DNA of 64,000 nucleotides. Source: a virus. The notes beneath the pieces are model-generated. The model saw only the letters and a program-made list of their open reading frames with translations. It did no database searches and was not told the DNA's origin. Of the stretch, positions 58,301-64,000 are shown piece by piece. Location: IMG/VR virus record IMGVR_UViG_3300025141_000034, positions 32,001 to 96,000 of that record, one strand, 5' to 3'. The position numbers were made by a program, and so were the translations under genes. Each line of letters begins with the position of its first letter. Position 1 is the first letter of the stretch.

Positions 58301-58499
58301 GGTAACTCCCATGCTAGCAACAATTCAAAGCCAGCAGGGAATAGATAAGTTCCGTGTAGTTATGGATGAGAGTAACAATACTGTAGAGGATATTGAATCT
58401 AATAAGCTGAACGGAAGAATAGTTCTAGTTCCCACAAGAGCAATTGAATTTATTGCTATTGATTTCATTATCACTAATTCAGGTGTAAGCTTTGAGTAA
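55308..58499 (+). CDS. gp18: tail sheath protein 1
   Basis: SPGFFEREIDLS, GPAFIP, PWFAPAGFNRA, LYDSRINPI, FGQKTLQ..SALDRVNVRRML, FEQN, PTRAIEFIAIDF. Confidence 0.93.
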   Translation: MAEQTFRSPGFFEREIDLSGRVQEVAGVPAGIIGTSEFGPAFIPVTLGSFADFKEKFGDLDSTKFGPYAVNEFLKNRSAVTFIRVLGAGANSESTDIQNTVNQGTVKNAGFRIKGSAATEAPGEKGHKGAVQFIAAKHALQTNEAFGYPIFTDNDSFDVSAGGDVFLVRGMIFTSTGSRVQILPYYANYPVTASVEDIAAVGPDINDSVSYKKFKIVLSSSAGATFANDDGVAGIRIYTASLNPTSDDYIGKTLNTDPTRFQEEQHLLYADFAVEDEVASVTSYVAILSGSASTSAGSGDTSQTYRDMYGRFDTRYSPSKTTFFTSQLFGNVKYNLFHFETISDGANTCDKYKISISNLRKSTDPSVEYGSFTVLVRNFGDSDTSPEILEQYPLCTLDPTDENFVGRKIGDLSVKYNFDALSEDERRFVVKGDYPNVSSRIRIVFSDDLKNGNVPASALPFGFRGLPALKTNNLLSDTTSTSDVRQIIKDVLNGGSDGTRLAFITGSNSGRPGIADGGVIVGSIVPPVPMTFKATQGTMGTSGYAGKPGTNERVNSKYYWGVKTTRVPLTGSLSNAVLNSNASSETNELVRSYTKLLGIQKLDALVTGSGADVFCSNEFTLNKVALSTTLESGATTRTLINTIVQSLTGTADEHMLEAAYIRDGRISKGKSYTVREKGVADHRVSLGSLLTLTSSVYFNRFTKYAKFTNIMHGGFDGNNILDLDMSRMNDRATTVDSRGKAGRSRPEGSTDLDTGLDATSTSGAGKNNNAVFSYRSAIDIMTDPMVTRINILAVPGIREGFVTDHAADKTREYSQAIYLMDIPSYTDGDVRIFTSDDFRPNVTKTRDRLDRRSIDNNYAATYFPDVTITDDRNGNAVRVPSSVIALSALGFNDAVSYPWFAPAGFNRAALSNVVNVATRLNNADRDDLYDSRINPIASFPQAGFVIFGQKTLQQAKSALDRVNVRRMLLEVKRIVSNAAKKLVFEQNTPATRSKFIAQVTPMLATIQSQQGIDKFRVVMDESNNTVEDIESNKLNGRIVLVPTRAIEFIAIDFIITNSGVSFE

Positions 58500-58502
58500 T
58501 CT

Positions 58503-58509
58503 ATATTTA
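58503..58509 (+). promoter_or_regulatory. putative late promoter ATATTTA
   Basis: ATANTTA motif in the gap between the two sheath genes. Confidence 0.5.
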
Positions 58510-58537
58510 ATGATTAGAGTTTTTAGAGAGGATTGGA

Positions 58538-61500
58538 ATGGCTGAGCTGACATTCAAAAGTGCTGGAGTTAGCACGAGAGAAATAGATCTTTCATCGTCT
58601 AGCGTAACGGGTCCGGTAGGAGTTCCTGCTGGTGTCATTGGAACAGCTGATCAGGGACCAGCGTTTGTTCCCGTAACAGTTGCTAATTTTACTGAGTTTG
58701 TATCAACATTTGGACCAACAGATGGTGAGAAATTTGGACCGCTTGCTGTTAATGAGTGGCTGAAAAATGCACAGTCGTGCACATACGTCCGTGTTCTCGG
58801 TGTGGGTGATGGTAAGAAGAGAAATACGTCTACAGGAAAGGTTACAAATGCAGGATTCATAGTTGGTGCCAAGCAGGTTCAACCAAACGGTCTTGTAGGA
58901 ACTAATCCATACGCAAACACACACGGTGACAGAGGAAACGTTCACTTTCTCGGATGCTACATGTCAGAGTCGGCTGGTAGTACAGTGTTTAGTAGTGCTG
59001 GAGGTCCACAGGCTTCACTTGCTTTTGCAAAAGCAAAGCTCACTATGGCAGACGGTGATAATAATACTAACGGACAGTTTACAGAAGGCGAATATGTCAT
59101 AATCGTATCCCAGGACGGTACAAAAAGGGTATATGTTCTTTCTGATGGTAGTGAAAGTGGTGCAGCTGCAACCGGCGCTGTTTGTACCACTTCCACTGAC
59201 ATGGGCTCAGCAAATCTTTCCTCCGATGTTGCAGCTTTGGGTACATGTATAGCTGTAAACAACAACCTGAACACACATGGGCAGTATTTAATTTTAAATG
59301 AACTTAAAGCTGCAATTTCTCACGCAAACGGTCACAATGGAAAGATTACATGTAGCTCTGATGTAGCCAACACTGACGGCCCAGTATCAATTACACTAAC
59401 ACAGGCAATAGCAGGTGTTGACGGAAACACTGTAATAACTACAAATATAAGTCAGCTAACTACTGTTAATTTTGGAGGCGGGGGTGCAATTGCAGTTCCC
59501 ATCCTCCGCGGAATTCTCATGTCGGCATCCGGTGTCATGCCGCTTCTCTCAGGAAATTTCCAGGTTACAGTCCCGGGATCAGGACCATCGTCAGCTGCAA
59601 TCGGCAGAGACAAAGATGCCACCCTAAGGGGAGGTCTAACTGGATCGATGATACTAAGCAGCCAGGACTTTGTTCTATTCCTCAACGGTCACAAGGGATT
59701 GGGTTCTGATCCTAGAATCATCACTGCGTCGATGGATCCTAACTCTCCTGCCTATATGTCTAGAGTTCTAAACACAGATCCCGCGATGATTGAGCAGAAG
59801 GGTCACCTACTCTACGCTCACTACGACGTTCATCCAGCGATGGCAGTTCCTACAGGTTCTGGTATCCTGACTCCGGGTGCTACAGAGTTTCATAATAGTG
59901 AATATAATGATTGTATATTCATCACAACGGGATCACTGAGCGCTGTGAACTTTGAAGGAAAGGGTCAAGCTGGCGGAAGCGCCACAGTTCCGGAGTATAG
60001 GTCGTGGGAGGATAGATTCACATCAGCAAAGTCACCCTACGTGATCTCACAGGACTTTGGTGGAAAGCCGTATGATCTATTTAGGGTAGAGTCACTATCT
60101 GACGGATCAGGCGTCAGCACTAAATATAAGATCTCAATTGAGGGTCTAGCTAAGTCTAACTCTGACGTTAATAAATTTGGAAAGTTTGACCTCGTCGTTA
60201 GGGACTTTTACGACACAGACAATGACAAGGTTGTCCTTGAGTCATTTAGGGGTCTAAGCCTAGATAATGAATCTGATAGATACTTTGCCAGGGTCATCGG
60301 TGATCAGAAGACATACTTTGACTTCGATCAGTCGTCAGACTCTCAGAAGATAGTCGTCGACGGCGATTTCACGAATCAGTCAAGATATATTCGTGTCAAG
60401 GTGAGCAACACACAGAGAGCAGGTGAGGTTCCTGACAACGCCCTCCCACTAGGCTTCAGAGGTCCTAGCCACCTGGTGACATCAGGCTCAGATCTTGTAG
60501 CGACTCTCGGTCACGGTGCTGCTAACTTTGTTACTGTTCAAACAGGATCAATGAAAGAGCTTACTGAGCTACCAATTCCATACAGGGATAACTTGGCTCT
60601 CGGGACAGGTGACAAGAAGAGGGTTTCATCTCAACTATACTGGGGAATCCAGACAACAAGAAAGACAGATCCCACAGAGCCCAATAAACCTGATCTCTTC
60701 GACAGGTCGTTTGAAGGATTCGCGAAGTACTTCCCAGACTTTGCACTAAGCTATCAGAAGTTCTCAATTGGAAATAATGCAGGAAAAGCAGATACATTTG
60801 CAAATGGAATTCTAGACTCTGATAGGTTCAATAATAACAAGTTCACGCTTGAGAATGTCAAGGTCACAACAGGATCAGACACATACGCTAATCCTCGGGA
60901 ATGGGCTAGCGCATCATACACACGTGCCGGCGGCGTAGGAACTGATAGAGATAATAAGACGCGGGCATTTAGCGTAGACGATCTAGGTATCGTTGGTAAT
61001 AGAACATATGCCAAGTTCACATTCCTTCTTCAGGGAGGGTTTAACGGAACGAACATCTTCAACAAGGATAGGTCTAACCTATCTGACAATGCTGCCAAGA
61101 GAGAGATGGATGACTCCACAAATCAAGGCGGAAAGGACGGTTGCACAGTCGCATCATTCAGAAAGGCTGTAGATGTAATGGGCAATAAGTCTGATGTTGA
61201 GATTAAGCTTCTAGCAATTCCCGGCATGAGAGACGAGGCCATTACAGATTACGCAACTGATGCAGTTGAGAATAGGTTTGACTCACTCTACATCATGGAT
61301 ATTGAGGAGAAGGATGTTCTTAACAATGTTGTAACATCGTCAGCACAGGACATAAGTGTTAGCGACACAGTGACAACGTTTAAGAATCGTGCTCTCGACT
61401 CATCGTTTGCAGCTGCATACTTCCCAGATGTTGTGATTCAGGATCCAAATAAGAGAACAAATGTTAGGTGCCCTCCGTCAGTAGCTGTTCTTGGAGCATT

Positions 61501-62023
61501 CTCCCTCAACGACGCTATCGGTCATCCGTGGTTCGCTCCTGCAGGATTCTCCCGAGGTGCGCTGACATCTGTCATACAGGCATCAGTTGACCTTAACAGG
61601 GCAAATCTAGATAATCTCTACGACGCTGACATCAATCCGATTACGGATTTCCCAGGAACCGGTGTCGTTGTCTGGGGTCAGAAGACGCTTCTAGCAGCTG
61701 CATCTGCTCTTGACAGGGTTAACGTAAGAAGGCTTCTGATAGACATCAGAAGAAAGGTGAGAGCTATCGCAAACACCCTTCTATTCGAACCCAATAGGGA
61801 GTCCACCCTGGAGAAATTCTCCGGTCTTGTCAATCCAATCCTGCAGAAGATCCAGGAGAAGAGCGGTCTGGCTCGCTACAAGGTGATCATCGATACGACC
61901 ACCACGACACAGGCAGACATAGAGAATAACACACTTCGAGGAAAGATCTTCGTTCAACCCACAAGAACTGCAGAGTTCATAGCACTAGACTTCGTTGTTT
62001 CAAATGCAGGCGCAGAAGTCTAG
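58538..62023 (+). CDS. gp18: tail sheath protein 2
   Basis: SAGVSTREIDLS, GPAFVP, PWFAPAGFSRG, LYDADINPI, WGQKTL..SALDRVNVRRLL, FEPN, PTRTAEFIALDF. Confidence 0.93.
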   Translation: MAELTFKSAGVSTREIDLSSSSVTGPVGVPAGVIGTADQGPAFVPVTVANFTEFVSTFGPTDGEKFGPLAVNEWLKNAQSCTYVRVLGVGDGKKRNTSTGKVTNAGFIVGAKQVQPNGLVGTNPYANTHGDRGNVHFLGCYMSESAGSTVFSSAGGPQASLAFAKAKLTMADGDNNTNGQFTEGEYVIIVSQDGTKRVYVLSDGSESGAAATGAVCTTSTDMGSANLSSDVAALGTCIAVNNNLNTHGQYLILNELKAAISHANGHNGKITCSSDVANTDGPVSITLTQAIAGVDGNTVITTNISQLTTVNFGGGGAIAVPILRGILMSASGVMPLLSGNFQVTVPGSGPSSAAIGRDKDATLRGGLTGSMILSSQDFVLFLNGHKGLGSDPRIITASMDPNSPAYMSRVLNTDPAMIEQKGHLLYAHYDVHPAMAVPTGSGILTPGATEFHNSEYNDCIFITTGSLSAVNFEGKGQAGGSATVPEYRSWEDRFTSAKSPYVISQDFGGKPYDLFRVESLSDGSGVSTKYKISIEGLAKSNSDVNKFGKFDLVVRDFYDTDNDKVVLESFRGLSLDNESDRYFARVIGDQKTYFDFDQSSDSQKIVVDGDFTNQSRYIRVKVSNTQRAGEVPDNALPLGFRGPSHLVTSGSDLVATLGHGAANFVTVQTGSMKELTELPIPYRDNLALGTGDKKRVSSQLYWGIQTTRKTDPTEPNKPDLFDRSFEGFAKYFPDFALSYQKFSIGNNAGKADTFANGILDSDRFNNNKFTLENVKVTTGSDTYANPREWASASYTRAGGVGTDRDNKTRAFSVDDLGIVGNRTYAKFTFLLQGGFNGTNIFNKDRSNLSDNAAKREMDDSTNQGGKDGCTVASFRKAVDVMGNKSDVEIKLLAIPGMRDEAITDYATDAVENRFDSLYIMDIEEKDVLNNVVTSSAQDISVSDTVTTFKNRALDSSFAAAYFPDVVIQDPNKRTNVRCPPSVAVLGAFSLNDAIGHPWFAPAGFSRGALTSVIQASVDLNRANLDNLYDADINPITDFPGTGVVVWGQKTLLAAASALDRVNVRRLLIDIRRKVRAIANTLLFEPNRESTLEKFSGLVNPILQKIQEKSGLARYKVIIDTTTTTQADIENNTLRGKIFVQPTRTAEFIALDFVVSNAGAEV

Positions 62024-62040
62024 AAAAACAAAATTGACGA

Positions 62041-62047
62041 ATACTTA
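62041..62047 (+). promoter_or_regulatory. putative late promoter ATACTTA
   Basis: ATANTTA motif upstream of the tail tube SD AGGAG. Confidence 0.5.
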
Positions 62048-62077
62048 GGATAGTATACTCTCAGGAGAAATTTAGAG

Positions 62078-62569
62078 ATGGCAGAAACACTTTCAGTTAA
62101 CGACTTACTTCCCAATAAGTTTGAACCCAAGAGAAAATTTAGATGGGTCTTTGCTATAGAGGGAATAGACTCCTTCTTGATCAAGACGGCAAGTAGGCCT
62201 GGGTATGTGATAGCCGAACAGCCAATTAAGTTTATTAACTCAATTAGATATGTTGCAGGTCGTCAGACATTTGATCAGGTTACCATTACCATGCACGATC
62301 CCATAGCGCCCTCAGGCGCTCAGCAGGTGATGGAGTGGATAAGGCTCCACTACGAGTCAGTCTCAGGTAGGGCAGGATATGCAGACTTCTACAAGCGTGA
62401 CTGCCAGCTCAAGATGCTTGATCCAGTCGGAACAGTTGTTGAGCTGTGGGACCTAAAGGGCTGCTTTTTGATCGGCGCAAAGTATGGTGATCTCAGTTAC
62501 GATGATGACTCAACTATGATGGATGTCACTATAACAATGAGATTTGATAACTGCGTCCTGCAGTACTGA
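62078..62569 (+). CDS. gp19: tail tube protein (gp19-like)
   Basis: FEPKRKFRW, RYVAGR, DPIAPSGAQQVMEW, GYADFYKRD..LKMLDPVGTVVELW.LKG. Follows the sheaths. Confidence 0.88.
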   Translation: MAETLSVNDLLPNKFEPKRKFRWVFAIEGIDSFLIKTASRPGYVIAEQPIKFINSIRYVAGRQTFDQVTITMHDPIAPSGAQQVMEWIRLHYESVSGRAGYADFYKRDCQLKMLDPVGTVVELWDLKGCFLIGAKYGDLSYDDDSTMMDVTITMRFDNCVLQY

Positions 62570-62594
62570 TATATCCTTTTCTGATACTCTACCA

Positions 62595-62623
62595 AGGCCC
62601 ACGTTTGTGGGCCTGACTTATTT
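62595..62623 (+). terminator. hairpin / probable terminator after tail tube
   Basis: AGGCCCAC-GTTT-GTGGGCCT followed by an imperfect T-tract (GACTTATTT). Confidence 0.55.
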
Positions 62624-62664
62624 ACAACTTCACTTCTTATGTTTAAAGTTACATATGTGAGGAG

Positions 62665-63525
62665 ATGACTGTGTCAGATAGTAGAAAAGAGAGGAATAAG
62701 GTCTTTGGCGGCGATAACATAGACCACAACGTTCCAGCGAGAAATGTCATGGTAGATGACTTTAACTGGGAGGTTCCAGTTGAATCTGTCCCAGTCCCTT
62801 CAGAGGGGAAGGTCTACCCACCAGACAGTCCTCTTCACGGAAGGAAGACAGTGAACATTAAGGCGATGACAGCCAAAGAGGAGGACATCTTATCGTCTCG
62901 CGCTTTGATAGGCAGCGGAACTGTTATCTTGGAGCTTCTAAGGTCTTGTATAGTTGACGGCGATGTTAGTGCCAGTGACATGTTAACTGGAGATAGAAAT
63001 GCACTCATGGTGGCTGTCAGGATCACAGGCTACGGTCACGAGTACCCAGTTGTTGCTACATGCCCAAAGTGCTCAAATTCAGATCAACACACATTTAACC
63101 TTGCTGACATGCCGATACGTCGCCTATCAATAGACCCTGTTGTACCTGGAGATAACTGCTTTGAATTCCTTCTTCCTGTGACAAAGAAGACAGTTTACTT
63201 TAAATTTCTTACAGGTAGAGATAATGATATCATGGAGGCTGAGGCTGAGAAGATGAAACGTCTATTTCCAGAAAGCAAGATTGAAAATAACGTGACAAGG
63301 AGGCTCCGGACCTCAATCATCTCAGTCGATGGTGTGGCTGATAGAAATAAGATAGCAAAGTTTGTAGAGAACATGCCGGCAATGGACTCAAGAAAATTAA
63401 GGGCATATATCGAAAATAATGAGCCTGGAATTGAGATGTCTGGAAAAATGAACTGTAATGCCTGCGGCCAGGAATCGGAGGTGGGCGTTCCGCTAGGTGC
63501 CTCATTTTTTTGGCCTAAGTTCTGA
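62665..63525 (+). CDS. baseplate hub / tail assembly chaperone (T4 gp26-like)
   Basis: VPVPSEGKVYP, MTAKEEDIL, GDRNALMVAVRITGYG, CPKC, CNAC, ends FFWP; lies between tube and tape measure. Confidence 0.8.
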   Translation: MTVSDSRKERNKVFGGDNIDHNVPARNVMVDDFNWEVPVESVPVPSEGKVYPPDSPLHGRKTVNIKAMTAKEEDILSSRALIGSGTVILELLRSCIVDGDVSASDMLTGDRNALMVAVRITGYGHEYPVVATCPKCSNSDQHTFNLADMPIRRLSIDPVVPGDNCFEFLLPVTKKTVYFKFLTGRDNDIMEAEAEKMKRLFPESKIENNVTRRLRTSIISVDGVADRNKIAKFVENMPAMDSRKLRAYIENNEPGIEMSGKMNCNACGQESEVGVPLGASFFWPKF

Positions 63526-63748
63526 TCATAGGGTCCATGTACTTGAGGAGATATACCAGCTAATTAGACACCTCGGCGTGGGATACGAGGAGTGTCGACG
63601 GATGCCCATCAGATATAGAAGGTGGTTCATAGATAGGATTGTTGAGGATTTCAACAAAAAGAAGAAACAGCGTGAGAAGGATGTGATCACGCAGGACACG
63701 GGTCCGACAGTCAATCTTATGGGAACTGATAAGAGAAGTTTCTCCTGA
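63506..63748 (+). CDS. gp51-like segment, probably translated as a frameshift extension of the upstream chaperone
   Basis: FFGLSSDHRVHVLEEIYQLIRHLGVGYEECRRMPIRYRRWFIDRI in the +1 frame, entered at the T7 run 63505-63511. No well-spaced SD for the GTG at 63497. Confidence 0.65.
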   Translation, partial: FFGLSSDHRVHVLEEIYQLIRHLGVGYEECRRMPIRYRRWFIDRIVEDFNKKKKQREKDVITQDTGPTVNLMGTDKRSFS

Positions 63749-63764
63749 TCTTCTCTCGGTCGAA

Positions 63765-63771
63765 ATACTTA
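63765..63771 (+). promoter_or_regulatory. putative late promoter ATACTTA
   Basis: ATANTTA motif 19 nt before the ATG at 63791. Confidence 0.5.
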
Positions 63772-63790
63772 ATAGTGTAGGGGAATCTCC

Positions 63791-64000
63791 ATGCCAACAG
63801 ATCAAGAAACAGATCAAGAAAAAAGAGATAAATTAGTAGCTGAGATCTCTGCCCTAGAGACACAGATGGCAGGACTTGACAAGACGACCGCCGAGTGGAA
63901 AAAATACAACAAGGAACTCGGAAAAGCTAGAGAGCAGCTAGTAGAGATTAGCAAGGATGCAGATACGGCAGCTAGTAGCCTATCTGCACTTGGAGCATCC
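63791..64000 (+). CDS. partial gene, probable tape measure protein N-terminus
   Basis: MPTDQETDQEKRDKLVAEISALETQMAGLDKTTAEWKKYNKELGKAREQLVEISKDADTAASSLSALGAS is coiled coil, open to the window end, and in the canonical position after the tail chaperones. Confidence 0.6.
   Translation, partial: MPTDQETDQEKRDKLVAEISALETQMAGLDKTTAEWKKYNKELGKAREQLVEISKDADTAASSLSALGAS

Noticed and set aside
62621-62649. sigma70 promoter TTTACA-17-TAAAGT before the gp26-like gene
   Set aside because: Plausible but a weak match in AT-rich sequence; not enough support to annotate.
1288-63748. Extracellular contractile injection system or tailocin, suggested by two sheaths, spike and baseplate
   Set aside because: Terminase, portal, protease, scaffold, major capsid and primase are all present, so this is a complete phage.
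1489-63817. Numerous short minus-strand and nested plus-strand ORFs in the ORF track (e.g. 19188..19709, 46220..46642, 39256..39645)
   Set aside because: They overlap long, motif-supported + strand genes, show no recognisable motifs, and are typical shadow ORFs.
63797-63821. 12-bp duplication ACAGATCAAGAA at the start of the last gene, and a 9-bp ATAGTGAAG duplication near 3923-3940
   Set aside because: Very short duplications with no evident function.
1-64000. Alternative genetic code (TAG or TGA reassignment, as in some large phages)
   Set aside because: Long ORFs are intact under code 11, and TAG and TGA end conserved genes at their expected C-termini (e.g. gp6 TAG, sheath 2 TAG, tube TGA).
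1-64000. tRNA genes, CRISPR arrays, introns or inteins
   Set aside because: No cloverleaf or repeat-spacer pattern was seen in the short intergenic gaps. Terminase, primase and MCP are uninterrupted, with no intein-like C...HN segments noticed. A covariance search was not run.

Overview
The whole window is part of the genome of a large (probably jumbo) contractile-tailed phage whose morphogenesis genes are distantly T4-like. All credible genes lie on the + strand, are densely packed, use the standard code (TAA, TAG and TGA all end genes) and mostly have GGAG Shine-Dalgarno sites. Gene order: sigma-factor-like gene; baseplate block (gp5-like spike, gp25, gp6, LamG-containing wedge, several very large virion proteins); RuvC-like resolvase, primase and a fused Mre11-Rad50; large terminase, portal, prohead protease, small head proteins, scaffold and gp23-like major capsid; an accessory cassette (sulfotransferase, a small virion-like gene with a structured 5' leader, and a tubulin/FtsZ-family GTPase); neck proteins, tail terminator, two tandem tail sheaths, tail tube, a gp26-like protein with a probable programmed frameshift, and the start of a probable tape measure gene. 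Most notable: (1) a phage tubulin behind the putative late promoter; (2) strong [S/T]-G-S enrichment in virion proteins together with a Sulfotransfer_2-like enzyme, suggesting virion glycosylation/sulfation; (3) a pseudoknot-forming 5' leader RNA; (4) a recurring ATANTTA putative late promoter; (5) a +1/-2 slippery site before the tape measure gene. All family calls come from recognising motifs by eye; no database searches were run.
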